Source: a virus. Taken from it: DNA of 64,000 nt. Positions 1 to 9,064 of the stretch are shown here, piece by piece. The stretch is from the IMG/VR virus record IMGVR_UViG_3300025646_000031, positions 6,462 to 70,461 of that record; one strand, written 5' to 3'. The notes beneath the pieces were generated by a model. The model ran no database searches and had not been told where the DNA came from. It saw only the letters and a list, made by a program, of their open reading frames with translations. Position numbers and translations under genes: made by a program. Numbering within the stretch: the stretch's first letter is position 1; the number at the start of each line of letters is the position of its first letter.

Positions 1-1
1 A

Positions 2-1225
2 TTTATCCAAGAACTTCATATCTATGTACCAATGAAAGTTGCTGAGTTGATCAGCAAGATAACATCATTCAGTTTTAAACTTACTCTTTTTGGTATTACT
101 ATTGATGTTCTAAAGATTGCCACACGAGAAGAACAAGAAAGAATCAAAATGCAGATATGTGAGAAAATAGACTTTCTCTATAATGCAATGCCAGAGGCGT
201 ATCAAACTTATGACGGTACATTTGGTGTTGATGATGAGAGAGCAAGATGTCAAGCAATCTGGAGTTGGTTCAAATCCGAAATACAAGATTGGTTAGTTAA
301 TGGTGTATTCAAACTCATTAAGACATTAATCAAAATCTTTAAAGTTATATGGAAAGCATTAGGACTTCCTGATCTCTCAGCTCTCTTTGAATTTGATGTT
401 GCAGGTTTTATTAGTGCAGCTATTGGTAAATTTAAAGATAAAATTAATGATATACGAGAAGACTTAAAAAAGGATGACCTAAGTCAACAAGTGAGAGAGG
501 CACTTAATAAACAATTGCAATCTCTTAGAGAACAGGTATGTCAAACATTAGAGAGTTTAAACATTTTAGGTTTTGGTGTGTTAGATTTACTTGGTGGAGA
601 AATCAGAAGTACAGTGAGATCATGTGATGAAACTATTCAGGCATACATAGAAGCATTCAGAGATTTTGCAATCAATTGGAAAAAGAAATTACTCTTTGAT
701 TGGATAAAAATTATTAAGAAATTCTTTGATAAGATTGGACTTGGTTCAATCTTTAAACCAATTACAATAACATTTTGTGATATACTTAGATTAATAGGCT
801 TTGACTTTAGCATACCAGGTGGTATCAGTGCTGGTCTTGCTGGTCTCGCCGCTAAACAAATTGTTGATGTTGATGACTCACAAGTATTCAACAGAAATGT
901 AACTGTAAGAGGATCAGGAACAGTTTTTGAGTATTTAGAAATTGAAGATGAGAACGGTGCAAAGAGAAGAGTTACAAGTCAAACAGAATTAGATACAATA
1001 CAAGAAAGAGCTGAAAATGTTAATGTTGCATACTACAAAGCAGATGGTCAGACTGATACTTTTATCGTACCAGGCGGAAAAGGAAACTTACAGGTATACA
1101 TCAACAACAAAAGAATCGTCAATACAGCTGCTCTAGGTGTAACTTCATTTACATTGTTCAGAAATTATATACGATTTGCTGAAGTACCAAAAGAAGGTGA
1201 TAATATTTCACTGGTTAGAATATAA
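2..1225 (+). CDS. Hypothetical baseplate-region protein, probably 5'-truncated by the window edge
   Basis: The frame of the 32..1225 ORF is open back to nt 2. It has two amphipathic Trp/Lys/Ile helical segments and a C-terminal ADGQTDTF...VYIN...IRF...P..GD module like those in other structural proteins here. Lies directly before gp25. Confidence 0.6.
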   Translation, partial: FIQELHIYVPMKVAELISKITSFSFKLTLFGITIDVLKIATREEQERIKMQICEKIDFLYNAMPEAYQTYDGTFGVDDERARCQAIWSWFKSEIQDWLVNGVFKLIKTLIKIFKVIWKALGLPDLSALFEFDVAGFISAAIGKFKDKINDIREDLKKDDLSQQVREALNKQLQSLREQVCQTLESLNILGFGVLDLLGGEIRSTVRSCDETIQAYIEAFRDFAINWKKKLLFDWIKIIKKFFDKIGLGSIFKPITITFCDILRLIGFDFSIPGGISAGLAGLAAKQIVDVDDSQVFNRNVTVRGSGTVFEYLEIEDENGAKRRVTSQTELDTIQERAENVNVAYYKADGQTDTFIVPGGKGNLQVYINNKRIVNTAALGVTSFTLFRNYIRFAEVPKEGDNISLVRI

Positions 1226-1240
1226 AACACTTAAAAAGTT

Positions 1241-1248
1241 TATAAATA
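1241..1248 (+). promoter_or_regulatory. T4-type late promoter (TATAAATA)
   Basis: Exact gp55 consensus, 5 nt before the gp25 ATG. Confidence 0.8.
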
Positions 1249-1253
1249 GTTAA

Positions 1254-1670
1254 ATGGTTGACATAGTAAACGAAGGAAAAACAGTTGCAGTCAAAGAAAG
1301 TTTTGCAGATTTAAACATTCTTATGACTCCTCACCCAATCACTGGTGATATAACACTTAAAACAGACGCTGAGGCGATAAAAAGATCAGTAAGAAACATA
1401 GTGATGACTAATTTTTACGAGAGACCATTTAAACCTAATTTAGGAACTTCTTTAAGAAATCAACTTTTTGAGTTAAATGATCTGAGAGTAAGATCAGTAG
1501 TATCAAAGAGAGTTAAAAGTTCTTTAGAGAAGTTAGAACCTAGAATTTCAGATGTACAAATGTCGTTTGGTGACATGGACAGTAATAATTTGTATGTAAC
1601 TGTCTTCTATACTATTAGAAACAGTCAAAGGACACAAGAAGTAGAATTCACAGTTAAAAGGATAAGATAA
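1254..1670 (+). CDS. gp25: Baseplate wedge subunit gp25
   Basis: AIKRSVRNIVMTNFYERPF..LG...LFE and LEPRI motifs; precedes gp6. Confidence 0.9.
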   Translation: MVDIVNEGKTVAVKESFADLNILMTPHPITGDITLKTDAEAIKRSVRNIVMTNFYERPFKPNLGTSLRNQLFELNDLRVRSVVSKRVKSSLEKLEPRISDVQMSFGDMDSNNLYVTVFYTIRNSQRTQEVEFTVKRIR

Positions 1671-3544
1671 TGGCAGTAAAAAGTTCACTATTAAATATTT
1701 CTGATTTAGATTTCGATAAAATTGCTTCAAATCTAAAAGTTTATCTCAAAGGACAAGATAAATTTAAAGATTACAACTTTGAAGGATCTACAATGTCATT
1801 GTTGATTGATCTTTTAGCGTATGCATCTCACATAAGTGCCTTCAATACAAACTTGGCAGCTTCAGAGATGTTTTTAGATTCAGCACAAATTAGAAAGAAT
1901 GTTGTATCAAGAGCAAAAGATTTGGGTTTTGTACCTGCATCTGAAACATCTGCTATAGCAAAGGTTGAACTTATATTGTCAGATGTTAGAAATCCAGATG
2001 GTACATATCCAACTGCAACAGAAATGACTCTATTAAGAGGTTCAGTATTCTCAACAGTGTTTGATCGTTTAAATGTGCAATTTGTTACAACAAACTCAGT
2101 TAAACCAGTTCAAAATGGTAATGAATACAGATACGAAAATGTAGAGATCGCACAGGGTACATACATTACTGATACATTCATTAACGATTTACAAATTAAG
2201 AACTCTAAGTTTGTAATATCTAATGAAAGAGTTGACAGATCAACTCTATCAGTTGCAGTTACTTCAAATGGTATTACAGACACATACAATCTTTCAACAG
2301 ATGTATCAACCATCACTACAACTTCTAAAGTATACTACACACAAGAAAACGAAGAAGGCTTCATAGAGATTTATTTTGGTGATGGTATTCTAGGCAAACA
2401 ATTATTGGATGGTGATCAAATTGATGTCACATATATTGTTGTTGATAAAGACCATGCAAATGGCGCTAATATCTTTTCATTACTAACTTCTATTAACGGT
2501 TTCTCATCATCTACAGTTATCACACAACAAAAGGCAACAGGTGGTGGCGAAAGAGAATCTATCGAGTCTATCAAGTTTAAGGCAAACAAATTCTTTACAT
2601 CACAAAACAGATTAGTTACACTTAACGACTATAAAGCAAAAGTAACAGAGTATTACCCAAATGCTGATGCTGTTGCTGTATGGGGTGGAGAAGATAACGA
2701 TCCACCTGAATATGGAAAAGTTTTCCTTGCAATCAAACCAGCAAATGCAGATTACTTAACTACAGAAGAAAAAAGAGTTATAACACAAAACTTAAGAAAA
2801 CTCAACATGTTAACAGTGAGACCTACAATTGTCGATCCAGAAATCATTAAGATATTGGTCTCAACAACATTCAAATATAACCCAAATCAAACACAATTAA
2901 CATTAGGTGAGATTGAAACTTTAGTCTCAAACTCTATTATAGATTTTGATAAAAATAACCTAAACAACTTTGATGCAATCTTTAGACATTCTAAGTTAGT
3001 TAGATCAATTGATGATGCCAATTCTTCAATTCTTTCAAACATCACTAATATCAGGTTAAGAAAACAAGAAGATATGTCTGTAAATATCGGACAATCAAAA
3101 GGTTTCTCAGTTGAGTTTGGCAACAGTCTTTACAATCCTCATTCAGGTCACAGTGGTGCAACTGGAGGAATTTTATCAACAACAGGTTTTTTACTAGATG
3201 GTGATAGTAATACATACTATTTTGATGATGATGGTATGGGTAATATCAGACGATACAAGTTATCAGCATCTACAAGAATATATACAGATTCACAGGCGGG
3301 TACAATAAATTACTCGACTGGAAAACTAACAATTGATGCATTGACAATTGCTTCTACAGCAAACACCAATACATCTATTGACTTTACCGTGATACCAAAT
3401 AGTTATGATGTGGTAGCAACTAGAGGTTCTCTAATTGATATCTCTTCTGAAAATATATCGGTTAAAGGTGAAGTAGACACCATCGCAAGTGGTGAGTCTA
3501 GTGCAGGTGTAGGATTCAATTCAACACCTTCAACTAGTTACTAA
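1670..3544 (+). CDS. gp6: Baseplate wedge subunit gp6
   Basis: LDFDKI...FKDYNFEGS, EMFLDSA..R, FGDG, QNRLVT..DY and WGGE..PP.YGKV motifs. Confidence 0.92.
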   Translation: MAVKSSLLNISDLDFDKIASNLKVYLKGQDKFKDYNFEGSTMSLLIDLLAYASHISAFNTNLAASEMFLDSAQIRKNVVSRAKDLGFVPASETSAIAKVELILSDVRNPDGTYPTATEMTLLRGSVFSTVFDRLNVQFVTTNSVKPVQNGNEYRYENVEIAQGTYITDTFINDLQIKNSKFVISNERVDRSTLSVAVTSNGITDTYNLSTDVSTITTTSKVYYTQENEEGFIEIYFGDGILGKQLLDGDQIDVTYIVVDKDHANGANIFSLLTSINGFSSSTVITQQKATGGGERESIESIKFKANKFFTSQNRLVTLNDYKAKVTEYYPNADAVAVWGGEDNDPPEYGKVFLAIKPANADYLTTEEKRVITQNLRKLNMLTVRPTIVDPEIIKILVSTTFKYNPNQTQLTLGEIETLVSNSIIDFDKNNLNNFDAIFRHSKLVRSIDDANSSILSNITNIRLRKQEDMSVNIGQSKGFSVEFGNSLYNPHSGHSGATGGILSTTGFLLDGDSNTYYFDDDGMGNIRRYKLSASTRIYTDSQAGTINYSTGKLTIDALTIASTANTNTSIDFTVIPNSYDVVATRGSLIDISSENISVKGEVDTIASGESSAGVGFNSTPSTSY

Positions 3545-3615
3545 TTATGCGTAAGTGATCGTGAGTCCCACGAGTAATTTCCCATTTATTTGGATTATAT
3601 TGGAGGATATAAAAA

Positions 3616-4089
3616 ATGGCAGATAAAAAAATAAGTGCATTAACAGCAGTAGCAGATAGTGATATCGGTGCAGATGATCTATTACACATTGTTGACAATC
3701 CTGGTGGCACGCCAGTAAATAAAAAGATGACCATTGGTCAGTTATTCGAAAATATCCCAACTCACCTTGCAGTTGATGATATAGCATCACTAACAGCAAC
3801 CGCTTCAAACTTAGCATCTACTTTTGCTACAGCATTTGATGGTGGTTCTTTCAGTGGTAACACATCTTTCACATTAGATGACGGTACCGACACTGGTCAA
3901 ATTAAAGTGATGTACATGAGTTCATTTCACGGTTCTTCATACACTGCAACCGTGACAGTATCATCATGGGGTTATTCTTCAACTACTTCAAATCAATTAG
4001 TATTTGATGCTTTAGGAGAAGCAGTCATTCTATTCTGGAATGGTGCAAACTGGTTCCCAATTGGTTCAGTTGGAGTAACTATTAGTTAA
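3616..4089 (+). CDS. Small virion structural protein
   Basis: GGAGG SD. MADKKISAL..DDLL N-terminus is typical of phage structural proteins; Ser/Thr-rich beta composition. Confidence 0.6.
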   Translation: MADKKISALTAVADSDIGADDLLHIVDNPGGTPVNKKMTIGQLFENIPTHLAVDDIASLTATASNLASTFATAFDGGSFSGNTSFTLDDGTDTGQIKVMYMSSFHGSSYTATVTVSSWGYSSTTSNQLVFDALGEAVILFWNGANWFPIGSVGVTIS

Positions 4090-4091
4090 TC

Positions 4092-7000
4092 ATGTCACAC
4101 GAAAAATATGTCATAGATAGTTTGTCGCAAAGATTGCCAGGTCTTCTACCTGAATTTGTCAGAGAAGAAGCACCAGTCTTTGAACAATTTCTAAAGGCAT
4201 ATTTTGAGTACTTAGAACACGAGATTCTAACATTAGAATCTCAAAGTGATATAGATGGCATACTATTAGAAGACGGCGATGGTTCTATGTTATTAGAACC
4301 ATCGACTGTTTTACCTGATCCAGATGCAGAGAGTTCTAAGATAGTTTTCGAAAGAACTGCAACGAATACAAATTCAAATGCAGATCCTTTTAAACCAGGC
4401 GAATACATTTATGGAAAAACAAATGGTTCAGTCGCAAAGATTGATCTTATAAACGGCAACACACTTTTCATATCAAGTATTTCAGGAATAGGTTTCTCAA
4501 ACGGAGAAATCGTTGAAGGTAGAGACGGTGGTCAGACTGGTACGGTTTCATCTTACAAACAAAATACAATTGTTGCCAATAATAGATTATTGGATATGGG
4601 AGATATTGACCATACTTCTGAAGAATTTATCCAATATTTCCAAAAAGATTTTGTACCGTCATTAGACTTAACTAATGTACCAAACAAAAGACTAGCAATC
4701 AAACACATCAAAGAACTTTATCAAACAAAAGGTACAGAAGAGTCAGTTAAGTTCTTAATGAGAATACTTTTCGGACAAGATTCTGAACTTAGATATCCAA
4801 TAAACGAAACAATATTTGTATCAGATTCAGAATATAAAGAACAACGAAGACTTGTTGTAGTGATGGACAAAGATACACTACCACAAGCAACAGATAAAAT
4901 TACAAAATTTGATACAGACGGAAGAACTGTATTAGCACAATCAATTGTTGAGAATGTATATGTAGAAGATGTTGCATCATACACATATTCGATTCATATA
5001 AAAAACAATCATTACGGAACATTCTCAGATGGAGATGCCGTAACATTTTTAGATAGAGACGACAAAACAACATTCACTGGTACTATCAAAGGTATCATTG
5101 CAGGAACCAATTTAGACAATTCATCTGTTTATGTTAAACATGATGATGATGGTATTATTCTTTTAGAAGATGGCGCTGGTCTCACACTAGAAACTGCTTC
5201 AACAGGTTCAATGTATCTTTTAAATGATAAGATACATTTTAGTGGTGCTAAAGGCGATAATGATGTTATTAAATCAGAGTCAGTAGTTGATGGTCTCACT
5301 TATGGTCCTATTACACATGTTTATATTGAAGATGATGGACAAAATTATGATGCAGGTGATCTAATTGTATTTGAAGATAGTCTTAGATCAGGTGGTGCAG
5401 AAGCAGTAATCGGTTCTGTAGGCGATGAACTTCTTTTAGAAAACATAGTCGCATGGGGTCAATTTGAAGTTACTGCAAGTGTTGGTCAAACATTATTTAA
5501 TGGTGTAGACGATAATGGCAATAGAATATTCTTTAACGACAATATAGTTAGAGTCTTTGTAGATGGCCTAGAAAAAACTAGAACAACAGATTTCACATTC
5601 CAAAACGATAGAATCACATTCTTAACTCCTTTGTCAGGCGGTGAGTTAGTTGAAATCTATACATCTTTCAATAGATTGATGTATGAAGATGGCACTCTAA
5701 TAAACCAAGAAACAACAGTTGGTAATATCAGATCAATACAAATCAATGATGGTGGTTGGTATAATAGTGTACCAAGAGTATATCCTGGCGGTTACATTTA
5801 CTTTGATAACATAACAGGTTTCCAAGAAGGCGAAGTTGTTACAGGAACAAATTCTTCCGCAACTGCAACTATTCTAAGACTTGAACCAAAGAAAAATAGA
5901 ATCGTTGTTAAAAGAGAATCGACAGACACAGGTGTGTTTATTGACGGAGAACAAATTACAGGTGGTACTTCAAGTACACAAAAATTAAATAAGAACACAA
6001 CTGTTTCATCAGGAACAGGCGCTAAGATATTTGCATATGGCGAAAACATTGGCGGTGTTCAATCTATCAATATACAAGATCAAGGTTACAACTTCAGTAG
6101 TGATGGTGTCTTATCATCATCATCTTTTGTACCAATGTTGATCAAAACACCAACTGCAAATTTAACAAGAGATATAGAACTTACAGGTGATATCTCAGGT
6201 GCAACTGCAAAAGTTGTATCTTATGATGCAGATAGACACATATTAACTGTTAAAGATTTAGATGGTTGGTTCTTAGATAACGAAACCGTTTCTTACAATA
6301 ATATAGATGAATTTGATGTAATTAAATTTGATCCTTTCACTGGTCGTGGTACACGAGCTGGTGAAGGTATCATGCAAAAACAATTCTTAGATGTTAAATC
6401 TTTCCTTGATGAAGATGCATCTAATATACATGATGGTAGATATTATCAAACACATTCGTATGTCATCAAAGTTGGTGAATCTATCAACAAATGGAGAGGT
6501 GCATTAAAAGACCTAATTCACCCAGCAGGTCATATATTCTTCGGTGAAGTTGCAATCAAAAACGAAATAGATGCATCTATCGTAGAAACTAGATTCAGAC
6601 CTACAATTATAATTGGTTTAGAAGTTGTACCTTATGTTGTAAATGCTTTCACAAACTCAATGAGAGAAGTTGAAATTTACACTAATGCAGATGAGATGAA
6701 TACACCATTAGTTGTACTCAGAGATGCAGGTGGAGATCAATCATCAAATTCTCGAAACGAGAATGCTCATTTCAATGTAAACATACAACAATTACATTCA
6801 TTATCATCTTCACAGGTAGGTCTACTTACAAATAATGGTATACCTACAGTTCTATCGTTAGATACTGCAGATAATAATTATCTAGTTAGAAGTACAGAGA
6901 GAAGACCTGCAATTGAAGGTAAAATATACACATCATATGATATTATAGATGAAGTATTGATATTAGAAGATGGTGGTCGAATAGAATTAGAAGAAGAACT

Positions 7001-7526
7001 GTGTGCAGTAAGAATGGAACCTTCAAAAGACGCAAGAGTCAAAGGTGATTTCGGTGATACATTCATATTAGAGTCAGGTGAGACACTTAGATTAGAAAGT
7101 GCAACAATAGATGAACCAGTTCACTATTTTACAACTGAAAGATCAATAGAACTCAAAGACAAATACTTCTTATACGAAGATGGAAACAGAATCATCTTCG
7201 AAGACGGTGATGCAATCTCAGATGAGGATGCAGGTAGTCACAGTTATACTTCTTTTGTCCCATTAGGGTCAACTTATAGAACAATAAATACAATATCAAA
7301 TCAACAGACTTACAGCATCTCTTATTACTTAAAAGATGAAACAGATGAAGATGATTTCTTATTAGAAGATGGTACAGGTAATGTTCTAAGTGAAGAAACA
7401 CGACCTGAAGGCATTAGAATTTATGACTTAGAACATTATCTACCAAAAATGTATGTTGCAGATTTACCTCTGCACGAAAGAAGACGAACAAATTTAACAT
7501 TTAATGCTTACATAAAGTCGGCATAG
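4092..7526 (+). CDS. gp7: Baseplate wedge initiator gp7-like protein
   Basis: LPEFVRE...FLKAYFEYLE, IKELYQTKGTEES.KFLMRILFG, YYQ.HSY and HPAG..FG motifs; sits between gp6 and gp8; many LLEDG repeats. Confidence 0.75.
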   Translation: MSHEKYVIDSLSQRLPGLLPEFVREEAPVFEQFLKAYFEYLEHEILTLESQSDIDGILLEDGDGSMLLEPSTVLPDPDAESSKIVFERTATNTNSNADPFKPGEYIYGKTNGSVAKIDLINGNTLFISSISGIGFSNGEIVEGRDGGQTGTVSSYKQNTIVANNRLLDMGDIDHTSEEFIQYFQKDFVPSLDLTNVPNKRLAIKHIKELYQTKGTEESVKFLMRILFGQDSELRYPINETIFVSDSEYKEQRRLVVVMDKDTLPQATDKITKFDTDGRTVLAQSIVENVYVEDVASYTYSIHIKNNHYGTFSDGDAVTFLDRDDKTTFTGTIKGIIAGTNLDNSSVYVKHDDDGIILLEDGAGLTLETASTGSMYLLNDKIHFSGAKGDNDVIKSESVVDGLTYGPITHVYIEDDGQNYDAGDLIVFEDSLRSGGAEAVIGSVGDELLLENIVAWGQFEVTASVGQTLFNGVDDNGNRIFFNDNIVRVFVDGLEKTRTTDFTFQNDRITFLTPLSGGELVEIYTSFNRLMYEDGTLINQETTVGNIRSIQINDGGWYNSVPRVYPGGYIYFDNITGFQEGEVVTGTNSSATATILRLEPKKNRIVVKRESTDTGVFIDGEQITGGTSSTQKLNKNTTVSSGTGAKIFAYGENIGGVQSINIQDQGYNFSSDGVLSSSSFVPMLIKTPTANLTRDIELTGDISGATAKVVSYDADRHILTVKDLDGWFLDNETVSYNNIDEFDVIKFDPFTGRGTRAGEGIMQKQFLDVKSFLDEDASNIHDGRYYQTHSYVIKVGESINKWRGALKDLIHPAGHIFFGEVAIKNEIDASIVETRFRPTIIIGLEVVPYVVNAFTNSMREVEIYTNADEMNTPLVVLRDAGGDQSSNSRNENAHFNVNIQQLHSLSSSQVGLLTNNGIPTVLSLDTADNNYLVRSTERRPAIEGKIYTSYDIIDEVLILEDGGRIELEEELCAVRMEPSKDARVKGDFGDTFILESGETLRLESATIDEPVHYFTTERSIELKDKYFLYEDGNRIIFEDGDAISDEDAGSHSYTSFVPLGSTYRTINTISNQQTYSISYYLKDETDEDDFLLEDGTGNVLSEETRPEGIRIYDLEHYLPKMYVADLPLHERRRTNLTFNAYIKSA

Positions 7527-7527
7527 T

Positions 7528-7546
7528 TATAAATAGTATATAAATA
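7528..7546 (+). promoter_or_regulatory. Tandem late promoters
   Basis: TATAAATA at 7528 and 7539, upstream of the GAGGAG SD of gp8. Confidence 0.75.
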
Positions 7547-7565
7547 ATCTGAGGAGATTAAAAAA

Positions 7566-9026
7566 ATGGCAGCAATTATAACAGAAAAGTTTAGAGTACA
7601 CAACGCTAAACAGTTTAAAGAGGATTTTGGTGAATCTGCATCATCATCTTATATTTTCATAGGAAGACCATGGGCATGGTCAGACGATAATAATCCACCT
7701 TCACCTGCAAACGGTATTGGAGAAGAAGTAGATGCATGGTCAGATATGATCGCAATGAAGAAGGTTTCTTCTTCAGATGTATCACACGGTTTAACAAGAC
7801 ATAACTGGACTTCAGGAACATCTTACGATGAGTATGCACACGATTACTCATCATCAAATCAAACACCTGCAACATCACAAAATAGTTTGTTTGATGGAAG
7901 ATTTTATGTCATAACAGACGAGTATCATGTCTATAAGTGTATCAGAACAGGTAGAGATGCAAGTGGCGCTGTAGTTACTTCAGATGTAAAACCAACAGGT
8001 ACAAGTTCAACAGCTATTGTTACAACCTCAGACTCAAACGCTGCTTCAGGTCGTGGTTATCAATGGAAATACATGTACACAATTTCTGCCTCAGACACAA
8101 TTAAATTTGTAACTAACGACTTTATTCCTGTCAAAACTCTCGGTGCTCAAACAGAGATTGATGGTACAGGAACATCTGGTGAAATGGGTTCATCAGCAAC
8201 AGATGATGGTTCATCACAATGGGATGTTGAAAATGACGCCGTTGACGGTGCAATCTATCATGTAAGAGTAGATGCAGGTGGATCAGGTTATAATGACGGA
8301 ACATATACTTCAGTCGCAATTGACGGAGATGGTTCAAGTGGTGCATGTACAGTTGTAGTGTCATCTGGTGCAGTTTCTTATGTAACAGTGACAACAAATG
8401 GTTCTGGTTATAAGAGAGCATCTATAGACATAGACGGTATTACAGGCATTGGTTCAGGTTCAAACGCAAGTGTTACACCTATCATCTCACCAATTATTGG
8501 ACATGGTGCAGATCCAGTACAAGAACTTGGTGGTAACTATGTAATCGTAAACTCAAGACTTGAGTTTGCAGAAGGTTCAGGAGACTTCCCAACAGACAAC
8601 GATTTCCGAAGAATTGGTATTGTTCAAGATCCATTTACAGTAGGTACAACAACAGTTGCAACAGCAACAACATTGTCTGCTTACAAAAAAATGACACTAT
8701 CTTCTGTGTCAGGTTTATCAGTTGATGATGTAATCTTAGATGCTTCATCTGATGGTGCTGGTGTTGCAGTAGGAAGAATTCTATCAATAACAGGAAATGT
8801 AGTTTCTTATATTCCAGTTGCAAACAGTGAAGGTGGTTATGCCGACTTCGCAGCTGCTGATACAGTTTATAAGGGTGGTTCATCAATTGGTACAGTATCT
8901 TCAGTTGACGCTAATTTCCCAGAAGTTGAAAAATATTCTGGTCAAATTATGTACATCGAAAATAGAGGCGCAGTATCAAGAGCTGCTGACCAGATTGAAG
9001 ATATTAAGTTAATTATTGAAATGTAA
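7566..9026 (+). CDS. gp8: Baseplate wedge subunit gp8
   Basis: MAAIITEKFR, FYVITDEYHVYKC, YQWKYMYTI, GHG.DP..ELG and QIEDIKLIIE motifs. Confidence 0.88.
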   Translation: MAAIITEKFRVHNAKQFKEDFGESASSSYIFIGRPWAWSDDNNPPSPANGIGEEVDAWSDMIAMKKVSSSDVSHGLTRHNWTSGTSYDEYAHDYSSSNQTPATSQNSLFDGRFYVITDEYHVYKCIRTGRDASGAVVTSDVKPTGTSSTAIVTTSDSNAASGRGYQWKYMYTISASDTIKFVTNDFIPVKTLGAQTEIDGTGTSGEMGSSATDDGSSQWDVENDAVDGAIYHVRVDAGGSGYNDGTYTSVAIDGDGSSGACTVVVSSGAVSYVTVTTNGSGYKRASIDIDGITGIGSGSNASVTPIISPIIGHGADPVQELGGNYVIVNSRLEFAEGSGDFPTDNDFRRIGIVQDPFTVGTTTVATATTLSAYKKMTLSSVSGLSVDDVILDASSDGAGVAVGRILSITGNVVSYIPVANSEGGYADFAAADTVYKGGSSIGTVSSVDANFPEVEKYSGQIMYIENRGAVSRAADQIEDIKLIIEM

Positions 9027-9029
9027 TTT

Positions 9030-9049
9030 AAGGGGATTTATCCCCTTTT
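9030..9049 (+). terminator. Probable intrinsic terminator
   Basis: AAGGGGA-ttta-TCCCCTT stem with a short T tail after the gp8 stop. Confidence 0.6.
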
Positions 9050-9064
9050 AAAAAGAGAAGGAAT

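Noticed and set aside
3545-3817. Track entry 3545..3817 as a gene
   Set aside because: Its listed peptide is a frame overlapping the SD-supported 3616 gene, with no independent support.
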